Source: Candidatus Aminicenantales bacterium (lineage in GTDB: Bacteria; Acidobacteriota; Aminicenantia; Aminicenantales; UBA8522). From it: a stretch of 50,756 bases of DNA. Below are positions 36,427-45,147 of the stretch, one piece after another. The position numbers and the translations under genes were made by a program. The stretch covers positions 1-50,756 of the forward strand of contig JBAUIH010000125.1 in the NCBI GenBank assembly GCA_049682755.1, written 5' to 3'. The notes beneath the pieces are model-generated. The model searched no databases, was not told the origin of the DNA, and worked only from the letters and a program-made list of their open reading frames with translations. The stretch's first letter is position 1; the number at the start of each line of letters is the position of its first letter.

Positions 36427-38151
36427 TCACAAAGGCAGGAAGACAGTGAACCTTGACCCGGCTCCCGGCCGGCTCTGGAGCTGAATCTCCCCACCGTGGA
36501 GAGTGGCAATATGCTTGACAATGGAGAGCCCCAGTCCGGTCCCGCCGACTTTCCGGGACCTGGACTTGTCCACCACGTAGAATCTCTCGAAGATGCGGAC
36601 CTGTTCGTCCTCGGGAATGCCGATGCCCGTATCGACGACATCGATGATCATCCGGTCTTCTTCCGTCCTCAAGGACACCCGGACGCTCCCCTTCTCGGTG
36701 TACTTGACGGCGTTATCGATGAGGTTGACGAGCATCTGTTCCAGCCGGAAAGGGTCGCCGGTGATGCATGGCAGCCCGGATGCGGCCTCCAGGCTCAGGT
36801 CCAGGTTCTTCTCCCTGGCCGCCGGCTCAAAAATCCTGACGACGTTTTCGGCGATGGTCTTCAAATCGAGTTTCTCGACCTCGGGCGCCACGGCCTTTTC
36901 TTCGAGGGCGGCCAGGGTGATGAGATCCTCGACGATGCGGATCATCCGGTCGGCATGGCGGATGATGGTCGATACATAGTTTCGCGTCGGTTCATCTTCG
37001 GACTCCTGCAGGGTCTCGGCGTATCCTTTGATGGCCGTGAGCGGAGTCCGAAGCTCATGGGAGACATTGAGGACGAAATCTCTTTTCATCCTGGCCAGGT
37101 TCTGCATCTCGGTGACATCATGGAAGGTGACGACGACGCCGTCCTGGGCGGAAAGATAAGCGGACCGGCAGAGGATATTTTTTTCCCCGAAAACGACCTC
37201 CGTCGTCCCGTTTTTTTTCTCCTCTTTGACCCGGCGGATGAGATCCACAAACGGCGTCATCCTGACCACTTCCCAAAAATATTTTCCTTCCGGGCTTTCC
37301 TGCTCAATCAAAGCCTTGGCGCTCCGGTTGGCCAGAACGATCTTGCCCGTGTTATCCAGGACCATCAGCCCTTCCTGCATGGAGGCCATGATGTTGTCCA
37401 ACTCCTCGTTGCGCTTCCGGAGGTCGCTGAAGAGCGTTTTGACCTCGGAGGTCATCAAATTGAAGCTCCTGGCCAGGTCTTTCCATTCGTCTGAACTCCG
37501 GACCCTGACCAGGGCGTCGAAATCGCCGGCGGCGACTTTCTGCGAGGCCTTCATCAGCTCGCGCAACGGACGGGTCAGACTCCGGGAAAACGCGAACGCC
37601 CCAACGAGGGAAAGCCCGATGACGATCGCCATGGCCAGACCGATGTCTTGCCTCACGGCCTTGATAAGGACATTGATATCCCGGACGAACAGACTGAGCC
37701 GCAGCGCTCCTTCAATCCGGCCGCCGCGGGTCAGCGGAAGAGCCGCGTACAGCATTTCTTCCTTCACCGTAGTGCTGTAACGGAGGGACCGGCCGAAGCG
37801 GCCTTCCAAGGCTTGGCTAATCTCCGGCCGGAACCGATGGTTTTCCATCGTCGCCGGGTCCCGCTCCGAATCCGCCAGGACGAGTCCTTCCGGATCGATC
37901 ACCGTGAGGCGGGCGTCGATCTTTTTTCCGTGCTCCTGCAGGAAAGACTCCAGCTCCGAAAAGCGATCCTCGTCGAAATAGCCGAGGATACGCGCTTCCA
38001 GGGAATACCCGACATTTCTCAAATCACGGGACAGCATGTCCAGATAATGTCTCTTGATCGTGCTGAACGAAAAGAGGAGGAAGACGGCGGAAAGCAAAAG
38101 AAGAAGAACGACGTATCCGCCGAAAATCTTGAAAAAAATCGATCTTCTCAT
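36427..38151 (-). CDS. phoR: Phosphate-regulon-type sensor histidine kinase (PhoR-like; TM, HAMP, PAS, HisKA, HATPase)
   Basis: 574 aa. H-box SHELRTPLTAIKGYAETL, N-box LVNLIDNAVKYT, G-boxes DTGIGIP and GGTGLGLSIV. The ATG overlaps the phoB stop. Located within the pst/phoU cluster. Confidence 0.85.
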   Translation of the reverse strand: MRRSIFFKIFGGYVVLLLLLSAVFLLFSFSTIKRHYLDMLSRDLRNVGYSLEARILGYFDEDRFSELESFLQEHGKKIDARLTVIDPEGLVLADSERDPATMENHRFRPEISQALEGRFGRSLRYSTTVKEEMLYAALPLTRGGRIEGALRLSLFVRDINVLIKAVRQDIGLAMAIVIGLSLVGAFAFSRSLTRPLRELMKASQKVAAGDFDALVRVRSSDEWKDLARSFNLMTSEVKTLFSDLRKRNEELDNIMASMQEGLMVLDNTGKIVLANRSAKALIEQESPEGKYFWEVVRMTPFVDLIRRVKEEKKNGTTEVVFGEKNILCRSAYLSAQDGVVVTFHDVTEMQNLARMKRDFVLNVSHELRTPLTAIKGYAETLQESEDEPTRNYVSTIIRHADRMIRIVEDLITLAALEEKAVAPEVEKLDLKTIAENVVRIFEPAAREKNLDLSLEAASGLPCITGDPFRLEQMLVNLIDNAVKYTEKGSVRVSLRTEEDRMIIDVVDTGIGIPEDEQVRIFERFYVVDKSRSRKVGGTGLGLSIVKHIATLHGGEIQLQSRPGAGSRFTVFLPL

Positions 38152-38831
38152 GGCTCCAGCTTGTATCCGACTCCACGGATATTCTTGATGATCCGGGCGG
38201 CTTTCGGACCGAGTTTTTCCCTCAAATTCCGGATGTGGACATCGACCGTCCTGTCCAGGACGATTTTTTCATGCCCCCAGAGGTCGTCCAGGATCTGATC
38301 CCGGGTGAAGACCCAGCCTTTCTTCGAGGCCAGAAGCTTCAGAATCCTGAACTCCGTGGCTGTCAGGTCCACCTTCCGGCCCTGAACCCGGACTTCGTAT
38401 TTTTCCGGGTCCAGGCTCAGAAAGCCGCCGATGTCAACGGGCTTTGACTCGGGCGGGCCCGCTTGTCTCCGGAGGACGGATTTCACCCGGGCCACGAGTT
38501 CCTTGGCGGAGAAGGGTTTGGTGATGTAGTCGTCGGCGCCGAGCTCCAAACCCAGGACCTTGTCCCCTTCTTCCCCCCTGGCCGTTACCATGATCACGGG
38601 AACGGACGCCCATTCCTCTTTCCTCCGCAGGAGCTTGCAGACCTCCAGCCCGTCCATATCCGGGAGCATCAAATCGAGAATAACCAGGTCGGGAGCCTGC
38701 TGAGTCAGTGAATCGAGGAAGCTCTTCGCTTCGGAAAAGCCCTTCGGCCTGAAGCCCGCTTTGCGAAGATGAAGAGAGATGAGCTCGACGATGTCGGGCT
38801 CGTCATCGACCACGGCGATTATTTCATTCAT
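38148..38831 (-). CDS. phoB: OmpR/PhoB-family response regulator
   Basis: Receiver domain (VVDDEPDI, LVILDLMLPDMDG, MVTARG) plus winged helix (LTATEFRILKLL...RTVDVHIRNLREKL...IKNIRGVGYKL). I start at the ATG at 38829-38831 (MNEIIAVVDD). Confidence 0.9.
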   Translation of the reverse strand: MNEIIAVVDDEPDIVELISLHLRKAGFRPKGFSEAKSFLDSLTQQAPDLVILDLMLPDMDGLEVCKLLRRKEEWASVPVIMVTARGEEGDKVLGLELGADDYITKPFSAKELVARVKSVLRRQAGPPESKPVDIGGFLSLDPEKYEVRVQGRKVDLTATEFRILKLLASKKGWVFTRDQILDDLWGHEKIVLDRTVDVHIRNLREKLGPKAARIIKNIRGVGYKLEP

Positions 38832-38847
38832 GGGGCCTGATCGCCCC

Positions 38848-38877
38848 ATTATACGTTGGCTGAAAAACAAAAGGCAA
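38848..38877 (-). promoter_or_regulatory. Candidate internal promoter for phoBR (TTGCCT-18-TATAAT)
   Basis: The minus strand reads TTGCCTtttgtttttcagccaacgTATAATggggcgatcaggccccATG. The -10 is perfect and lies 16 nt before the phoB ATG. No SD lies in between. Confidence 0.3.
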
Positions 38878-38966
38878 GCCAAGCCGGACGGCTCGCTGCC
38901 TCACGACTCCCTTCGAGATAAGCCCTGGAATACCCTGGCGCAGGGCGCAGTCAGCCCTTCGGCCTC

Positions 38967-39218
38967 CTACTTCTGGGACCCGAAAAGTGCCAGCTTCCCT
39001 TCGAGGTCCCGGATTTTTTTCTCCAGTTCTTCTTTTCGGCCCCGCCTTTTCAGCCACAGCATCCGGGCCAGAATTCCGGCCGCAGCCAGAAGAATCAGGA
39101 CGCTGAGGAGGGAAGCGTCCAGGAAGGGGACTCTTAAGGTGCGGAGATCGACGACGCCGACGTCCGAAAGATAGGAAAGGATGCTCAGGACGGCCAAACC
39201 CAAAACCCACCAGATCAT
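38967..39218 (-). CDS. Small two-TM membrane protein with C-terminal coiled coil (LapA/DUF1049-like)
   Basis: 83 aa from the ATG at 39216-39218 (AGGAGG 6 nt upstream): MIWWVLGLAVLSILSYL...LLSVLILLAAAGILARMLWLKRRGRKEELEKKIRDLEGKL. The family call is tentative. Confidence 0.55.
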   Translation of the reverse strand: MIWWVLGLAVLSILSYLSDVGVVDLRTLRVPFLDASLLSVLILLAAAGILARMLWLKRRGRKEELEKKIRDLEGKLALFGSQK

Positions 39219-39299
39219 TGCAGTCCTCCTTTCCCCCATTGCCTATCAGAAAAGCGGACAGAATGCAATAGGCGCAGCAAATGACAGTCGAGGCCGGCC

Positions 39300-39995
39300 C
39301 TATTCAGTCTGGGATTTGGCGGCCGCCTCGCGGCGGATTTCCTCGATGTGATGTTTGATCGTCTTTCCCTTGACGAGGTAGATCACGTCCTCGCCGATGT
39401 TGGTGGCATGGTCGGCGATGCGCTCGAGATGGCGGCCGATCAGGATGAGCCCCACTGAGCGGTTGATCGTCGACTGGTCATTCATCATGTAGGTTAAGAG
39501 TTCACGGAAGATCTGGTCGTTCAAGGAATCGACCTCGTCGTCCCTCTCGCAGACCGACCGGGCCAAGGCCTCATCGCGGTTGACGAAGGCGTTGAGGGCG
39601 TCCTTGACCATGCCCTGGGCAAGGGAGGCCATGCGGGGGATATCGATCAGCGGTTTGACGGGGGGGTGTTTGAGCAGATCCACCGAAACCTCGGCGATGT
39701 TGACCGCCAGGTCTCCGACCCGCTCCAGCTCGCTGCCGATCTTCATGGCCGAGGTGATGAAGCGCAGGTCGCTGGCCACCGGTTGGCGCAAGGCCAGAAG
39801 CCGCATGCACAGCTCGTCGATCTCGATCTCCAAAAGGTTGACGGTCGTCTCTCTCTTGAAAACCTCTTGGGCGAGAGTTTCGTCCCTGTTTTTCAGGCTC
39901 TTCACGGCCAAGGCCCCGGACTCTTCAGCGAGCCGGGCCATGTGCAGCAATTTCTCATTGAGACCGTTCAGTTCCGCGTCGAAGTGCCTATCCAT
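39300..39995 (-). CDS. phoU: Phosphate signalling complex protein PhoU
   Basis: 231 aa with two PhoU repeats (ELERVGDLAVNIAE and HLERIADHATNIGE). Confidence 0.95.
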   Translation of the reverse strand: MDRHFDAELNGLNEKLLHMARLAEESGALAVKSLKNRDETLAQEVFKRETTVNLLEIEIDELCMRLLALRQPVASDLRFITSAMKIGSELERVGDLAVNIAEVSVDLLKHPPVKPLIDIPRMASLAQGMVKDALNAFVNRDEALARSVCERDDEVDSLNDQIFRELLTYMMNDQSTINRSVGLILIGRHLERIADHATNIGEDVIYLVKGKTIKHHIEEIRREAAAKSQTE

Positions 39996-40021
39996 GGTTG
40001 CCTCCTCAGACAGCTTCTATT

Positions 40022-40783
40022 TTACCCGAATCGGCCGGTGATGTAATCCTCGGTCAATTTATTGGCCGGGTTGGTGAATATTTTCTCCGTTTTATCGAAC
40101 TCAATCAAGTCCCCCAGCATCATGAAGGCCGTGAAGTCGGAAACCCGCGCGGCCTGCTGCATGTTGTGGGTGACGATGACGACGGTGTAATCCTTCTTCA
40201 CCTTCATGATCAGGTCCTCGATCTTGGCCGTGGCGATCGGGTCGATGGCCGAGCAGGGCTCGTCGAACAGGATGACTTCCGGCTCCACAGCCAGGGCCCG
40301 GGCGATGCAGAGGCGCTGCTGCTGCCCGCCCGAAAGCGCAAACGCATTCTCCTTGAGGCGGTCTTTGACCTCGTCCCAGAGCGCCGCCTCGATAAGGCTC
40401 TTCTCGACGACCTCCTCGATCTTCGCGCGGTTCTTTCCATTGTTGATCCTCAATCCGTAGGCCACATTATCGAAGATCGACTTGGGGAAGGGGTTCGGCT
40501 TCTGAAAGACCATCCCGACGTTCTTTCTCAGTTCGACGACGTCCACCGCCGGAGAGTTGATGTTGACGCCGTCCATGAGGATCTCACCTTCCACCCGCGC
40601 CCCGGCGACGACGTCGTTCATCCGGTTGAGCGTCCGGATGAAGGTTGATTTTCCGCAGCCGGAGGGGCCGATGATGGCCGTGACCCGGCGGTCGGCGCAG
40701 AGAATGTTGATGCTCCTGAGCGCCTGTTTGGAGCCATAATAGAAGCTCAGGTTTTTGGTTTCAATCTTGGTTTGGATGTCCAT
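40022..40783 (-). CDS. pstB: Phosphate ABC transporter ATP-binding protein PstB
   Basis: 253 aa. Walker [24 protein letters not shown], Walker [13 protein letters not shown]. PstB-typical N-terminus (NLSFYYG). Confidence 0.97.
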   Translation of the reverse strand: MDIQTKIETKNLSFYYGSKQALRSINILCADRRVTAIIGPSGCGKSTFIRTLNRMNDVVAGARVEGEILMDGVNINSPAVDVVELRKNVGMVFQKPNPFPKSIFDNVAYGLRINNGKNRAKIEEVVEKSLIEAALWDEVKDRLKENAFALSGGQQQRLCIARALAVEPEVILFDEPCSAIDPIATAKIEDLIMKVKKDYTVVIVTHNMQQAARVSDFTAFMMLGDLIEFDKTEKIFTNPANKLTEDYITGRFG

Positions 40784-40784
40784 T

Positions 40785-41639
40785 TTACCACCTGCGTTTG
40801 CGTCTCAATCGAAATCGGATGACGATGGCCGTCATGTTCAGGCCGAGGACCACGACGATCAGCACCAGGGCCGTACCGTAGGCCAGCGGCCTGACCTGTT
40901 GGATGGCATGATGCTGCGTGGCCATGATATAAAGATGATAAGGCAGGGCCATGAACTGGTCGCTCAATGACTTGGGGAGGTAGGGCAGATAGAAGGCGGC
41001 CCCCGTGAACAATATCGGTGCCGTCTCTCCGGCGGCCCTGGCCAGCCCGAGGACCGTCCCGGTCAACATGCCTGGGATGGCGTACGGTAGAACATTGGTC
41101 CGGATGGACTGCCACTTGGTCGCTCCCAGGGCCAGGGAGCCCTCCCGATACGAGTTCGGGATCGTTTTCAGGGCTTCCTCGCTGGCCGTTATCGTCCAAG
41201 GCAGCGTAAGCAGGCCCAGTGTCAACCCGGCTGACAGGATCGACGTCCCGAACTTGAGGATATTGACGAAGAGGATGACGCCGAAGAGCCCGTAGACAAT
41301 GGAGGGAACGCCGCTGAGGTTGCGGATGGACAGCCGGATGATCCGCGTCAGTCGGCTCTGCTTGGCGTACTCGTTGAGGTAGATGGCCGCGAACATCCCG
41401 AGCGGGATGGCCAGGACCGCGGTCACGACCGTGACCAGGAACGTCCCGATGATCGCCGGAAAGATGCCCCCCTCGGTCATGCCCCGGCGGGGCGGTTGGC
41501 TGATGAATTCCCAGGAAATGGCCCCTCCCCCCTTGCGACCGATGTCATAGAGAAGCAGCAGAAGAATGGCGAGGACGGTGTACAGGCAAACCCGCAAAAG
41601 GAGAAAACCGATGAACTGGACGACCTTTTTCTTCTTCAT
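40785..41639 (-). CDS. pstA: Phosphate ABC transporter permease PstA
   Basis: 284 aa, 6 TM, EAA-type loop ([20 protein letters not shown]). The ATG overlaps the pstC stop. Confidence 0.93.
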   Translation of the reverse strand: MKKKKVVQFIGFLLLRVCLYTVLAILLLLLYDIGRKGGGAISWEFISQPPRRGMTEGGIFPAIIGTFLVTVVTAVLAIPLGMFAAIYLNEYAKQSRLTRIIRLSIRNLSGVPSIVYGLFGVILFVNILKFGTSILSAGLTLGLLTLPWTITASEEALKTIPNSYREGSLALGATKWQSIRTNVLPYAIPGMLTGTVLGLARAAGETAPILFTGAAFYLPYLPKSLSDQFMALPYHLYIMATQHHAIQQVRPLAYGTALVLIVVVLGLNMTAIVIRFRLRRKRRW

Positions 41640-42676
41640 AGCTCCCTCTGCTGGTATTTGTTCAGAATGACGTCGGCGGCCAGGTTGACGATGAAGGTCA
41701 TGACAAAGAGGACGAGCCCGATGGCGAACAGAGCATAATAATGGGTCGTGAAGTAGGGGACTTCGCCCAATTCGATGGCGATGTTGGCCGTCATCGTCCG
41801 GACGGACTCGAGGAATCCATGGGGAAAAGAGCGGGCGTTTCCGGTGGCCATGAGGACGGTCATGGTCTCACCAATGGCCCGGCCCATCCCGAGCATGAAG
41901 GAGGCGATGATCCCGGAGAGGGCGGCCGGTACCTTGACCCGAACGAGTGTCTGCCATTTCGACCCCCCCAACGCGAGGGACGCCTCGCTATAGGCGGAGG
42001 GGACGGCGTTCAACGAGTCCTCGGAGATGCTGATGATCGTCGGCAGGGCCATAATGGCCAGCAAAAAGCTCCCGTTGACGGCGTTCAGCCCGTGCCCGGT
42101 ATGGAAGATCTTGGCGATGACGGGCCCGAACAGGACGATCCCGAGGAATCCGGTCACGACCGAAGGAATCCCGGCCAGAATCTCGACGATGGGTTTGACG
42201 ATCTCCCGGACTCTCCAATGGGCGACGTCCGAAAGGTAGGCGGCTACGCCCAGGCCGATGGGGATGGCGATGAGCAGCGCTCCGGCGGTGCACATCAGGG
42301 TGCTGACGATCATGGACAGCAAGCCGTACTCCGCCTTTTCCGGCGAAGTGGGATCCCAGATCTTGTTGCCGAAGAATTCCGCCAGGGGGATCTCCCGGAA
42401 AGCCGGGATGGCGGTATAGAGCAGGATGACGAAAATGCCGATGAGGACGACGACGGCCAGCATCCCGTTGGTGAAGAAAAAGGCCTTGATCGCCGATTCT
42501 TTCCAGCCGGAGAGAGTCCTTATCTTGGATAAATGCCTGACGGGAGACCCGGGTTTGTCATCGCCCGCCGGGATTCGCTCGTGCCCCCCCCAAATTCTCT
42601 CGATCAGCGTCGCGATCCACAGGGCCGATTCTTCCCAGCGGCTTTTTCTTGGCCATTTCATTTCCGTTCCCCTCAT
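41636..42676 (-). CDS. pstC: Phosphate ABC transporter permease PstC
   Basis: 346 aa with EAA-type loop (EASLALGGSKWQTLVRVKVP). Start is either the ATG at 42674-42676 or the ATG at 42659-42661 (MKWPRK); the latter has GAGGGG 6-7 nt upstream. Confidence 0.93.
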   Translation of the reverse strand: MRGTEMKWPRKSRWEESALWIATLIERIWGGHERIPAGDDKPGSPVRHLSKIRTLSGWKESAIKAFFFTNGMLAVVVLIGIFVILLYTAIPAFREIPLAEFFGNKIWDPTSPEKAEYGLLSMIVSTLMCTAGALLIAIPIGLGVAAYLSDVAHWRVREIVKPIVEILAGIPSVVTGFLGIVLFGPVIAKIFHTGHGLNAVNGSFLLAIMALPTIISISEDSLNAVPSAYSEASLALGGSKWQTLVRVKVPAALSGIIASFMLGMGRAIGETMTVLMATGNARSFPHGFLESVRTMTANIAIELGEVPYFTTHYYALFAIGLVLFVMTFIVNLAADVILNKYQQREL

Positions 42677-42787
42677 AGATGCTCATATGTTTTCTCTGGA
42701 TCCCCTCTATTGACAGGAGAACCGGGAGAAGCCTGCCGACTATTGCGGCCCGGCTTCTCCCTGGCTCTGCCTGCTATCTATGAGGGG
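42669..42787 (-). promoter_or_regulatory. Structured pstS-pstC intercistronic element: 12-bp outer inverted repeat enclosing a 10-bp GC-rich hairpin
   Basis: The mRNA sense reads TAA-CT-CCCCTCATAGAT...GGGAGAAGCC-(18 nt)-GGCTTCTCCC...ATCTATGAGGGG-AACGGAAATG. The outer arms are 42776-42787 and 42669-42680. The inner hairpin is 42724-42761. The 3' arm contains the pstC ATG and SD-like GAGGGG. Confidence 0.5.
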
Positions 42788-42789
42788 AG

Positions 42790-43689
42790 TTACCTCAGGT
42801 TCATCTCGTTCTGCTCTTTATGCTTCGCCGAGATGGGAAAGAAGCCTTCCCGCTCGACGATCTTCTGGCCTTCTGCGCTGATTTCGAAGCGGATGAAATC
42901 GGCGATAGCGGCAGATGGCTTGCCGTTGGTTGTCTGATAGAGCGCCCTGGCCACCGGATAGTCGCCGCTGTCCACGGCCGCCTTGTCCAGCGGGGAGAAT
43001 CCCGCCGACTTGGCATCCTTGGCGACTTTCAATACTTTCAGTCCTTTCCGGACCTTCCCGTCTTTATCGAAAAGGTAGCCGACGCCCACATATCCGATCC
43101 CCCCCTCGTCCTGGAGGATGCCCTCGATGATCTGGGCATTGCCGTTCATCTCTTTCATGTCGGTCGAGTAGTTCTTGTTGCCCAGGACGTGCTCCTGCAT
43201 GAAGACGTAGGTGCCGGAGTTTGACTGGCGGCCGTAGAGAGAGACGGCCTTGTCCGGACCGCCGACGTCCTTCCAGTTCTTGATCTCGCCGCGGTAAATC
43301 GCGCCGAGATCGGCCATGGCCACCTTATCCAGGGAGTTCTTTTCGTTCACGATGATGCTTACACCGTCAACGGCGACGACGAAAAAGCGGGGCTTGATGC
43401 CCTTTTCCCAGGCCTGGTCGATCTCTTTTTGTTTCCATTCGCGGGAATGGTTGGCGATGTCGCAGGTCTGGTTGATGATCCCCGTGATGCCGGTCCCGGA
43501 TCCTCCGCCGAGGACGGCCAGGGCCGATCCCGGCTTCTGGCCCATGTATTCCTCGGCCAGGATCTGGACGAGGTTGACCAGAGTGTCCGATCCCTTGATC
43601 TGCATCATTTTCTTCTGGGCCGGGGCCGAGGTGAGAACCAAGGCCAGGACGGCCAGGCTTAAGGTAGCGGTAGCGATGAATTTTTTCAT
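42790..43689 (-). CDS. pstS: Phosphate ABC transporter substrate-binding protein PstS
   Basis: Signal peptide MKKFIATATLSLAVLALVLTSAPA, IKGSDTLVNL, GGGSGTG. I start at the ATG at 43687-43689 (AGGAG 6 nt upstream), not the track start at 43740. Confidence 0.93.
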   Translation of the reverse strand: MKKFIATATLSLAVLALVLTSAPAQKKMMQIKGSDTLVNLVQILAEEYMGQKPGSALAVLGGGSGTGITGIINQTCDIANHSREWKQKEIDQAWEKGIKPRFFVVAVDGVSIIVNEKNSLDKVAMADLGAIYRGEIKNWKDVGGPDKAVSLYGRQSNSGTYVFMQEHVLGNKNYSTDMKEMNGNAQIIEGILQDEGGIGYVGVGYLFDKDGKVRKGLKVLKVAKDAKSAGFSPLDKAAVDSGDYPVARALYQTTNGKPSAAIADFIRFEISAEGQKIVEREGFFPISAKHKEQNEMNLR

Positions 43690-43762
43690 TTTGTTTCTCC
43701 TTTCTTTCATTTCTTTCTTTGCGTTTGTTGGAACTTTCACGACGCTTCTCCCGTTGCCCTTT

Positions 43763-44821
43763 TTAGAAGGACAGAAAGAAGGTGAAATTGAGGATGATGT
43801 CGTTTTTCTTTTCTGAATTCGAATAGGAGCGAATCCAGATGTTCGGCTGGAGCTTCATGCTTTTGTGGACAGGAGCCCAATCGAGGCCGGCGATGACCAA
43901 ACTCATTTCATCATCCTTAACCTTGCTGTTCGGCTCATACTTATCGAACCTGGCGAAAAACGAGACATTCTCCTTGACGGCATAGCGTCCGAACAGCGAC
44001 AAGCCCGAAACATCGTAGCGGGCTTCGTCCGCGGTCATGTTTCTATCGTTCCTGTAGACGAAATACTCCGCCCCGATAACGAGGTTCTTGATCATCTCGA
44101 TGTAACCGTCAACCTTATAGGTCATGGCCGAGTTGTCCTTGTCCTGCTTTTCATAATCGAGATAACCGACCACCGAAAGGCCGGCCACTGGGATCAGGTG
44201 AATATTCCCCGCAAGCTTCTTGTACTTGTCGCTCTCGGGGTGCGAGTAGCCGGCGCCGTTGTAGAACATGAAGCCGTAGCGCAAATATTTGGCCAGGCTT
44301 CCGGTCAGGCTGGCGCCTAAGTCCGCGGAGCTAGCGTCGATGTCGACACCGGTGATGTCTTTGTAGCCATCCAGAAGAGTCTTGGCGACGCTCCGGTAAC
44401 CCCATCGTGCTTCGGCCGATTCAAAGGTCAGGGTCGGGGTCATGCCGATTTTTAGGCTGGAATTGGGAAGAAGCCCGGCGTAATCAAGATAAATGTGCTT
44501 GACATAGGGCCGCAGCTTGTCGTCTTTCTTGGTCGAGACCTTGGCGAAATCCACCGAGGTGATGTTGGCCGTATTGTCGGCATCATAGCGGAACCTGAAT
44601 TTCAGGTTGTCGTTGATCTTGTTCTCGTAAGTGAAGTAGGCCCGGCGGAAAGCGAAAAAATTGTCCTTGGCGGCCGAGGTGACCGGCCCGTCGTTGGAAA
44701 GATAGCTGGTGTAGTCAAGATAAATGGTGGTGTTGAACGTCTGCTGAGCCGACACCATCCCCGCACTCAAGAGCACCATGCAGAAGATCAGAAGATTTCT
44801 GACTGCTATGTTTCTTGACAT
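43763..44821 (-). CDS. Outer-membrane beta-barrel porin, likely phosphate-selective (OprO/P-like by context)
   Basis: Signal peptide MSRNIAVRNLLIFCMVLLSAGMVSAQQ, alternating amphipathic beta-strand pattern rich in Tyr/Asp/Asn, and a C-terminus ...NFTFFLSF with terminal Phe. Lies immediately upstream of pstS. ATG at 44819-44821 with AGGAG upstream. Confidence 0.7.
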   Translation of the reverse strand: MSRNIAVRNLLIFCMVLLSAGMVSAQQTFNTTIYLDYTSYLSNDGPVTSAAKDNFFAFRRAYFTYENKINDNLKFRFRYDADNTANITSVDFAKVSTKKDDKLRPYVKHIYLDYAGLLPNSSLKIGMTPTLTFESAEARWGYRSVAKTLLDGYKDITGVDIDASSADLGASLTGSLAKYLRYGFMFYNGAGYSHPESDKYKKLAGNIHLIPVAGLSVVGYLDYEKQDKDNSAMTYKVDGYIEMIKNLVIGAEYFVYRNDRNMTADEARYDVSGLSLFGRYAVKENVSFFARFDKYEPNSKVKDDEMSLVIAGLDWAPVHKSMKLQPNIWIRSYSNSEKKNDIILNFTFFLSF

Positions 44822-44972
44822 TCTTGTCAATCTCCTTTCTTAACGAATTCCTCCAGCGTCTGGTGATTGCTTCATCCTGTCCCTGCAGTCCCAGCTTGGC
44901 CTTCGCCGGTTTCTTCCCTGCCGTCCAGTTGGAACAAACACCTTGAAGCTAGAGCCGAGGATAAGCCCGGAG

Positions 44973-45011
44973 TGTTAAGATCTAATTAAGAAACGGTGAA
45001 AAATGAGTGAA
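44973..45011 (-). promoter_or_regulatory. Pho-box-like array: four TT(C/A)A(C/T)N hexamers in direct repeat with exact 11-bp phasing
   Basis: The minus strand reads TTCACTcatttTTCACCgtttcTTAATTagatcTTAACA. It lies 152-190 nt upstream of the porin ATG, at the head of the porin-pst-phoU-phoBR block. Confidence 0.5.
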
Positions 45012-45147
45012 TTCGGCACCCCGGCGGTGCCCCTGGGAGGGCTATAGCCTGGCGGAGCCCCTTGCCGGATGGGCTCGTTTGTGGTATTCAAGATAGTCTA
45101 ACAGATAGATACGGAAGCCGCAGGATCGGGAGTGAAGGAGATGCGAG

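Noticed and set aside
45015-45049. Hairpin GGCACC-ccggc-GGTGCC (45015-45031) and the 10-bp palindrome GGCTATAGCC (45040-45049) between the Pho boxes and the ferritin-like gene. Considered as an operator or small RNA.
   Set aside because: Short GC-rich dyads are expected by chance in this composition. There is no match to Fur/PerR-type AT-rich boxes and no supporting promoter or terminator pair.
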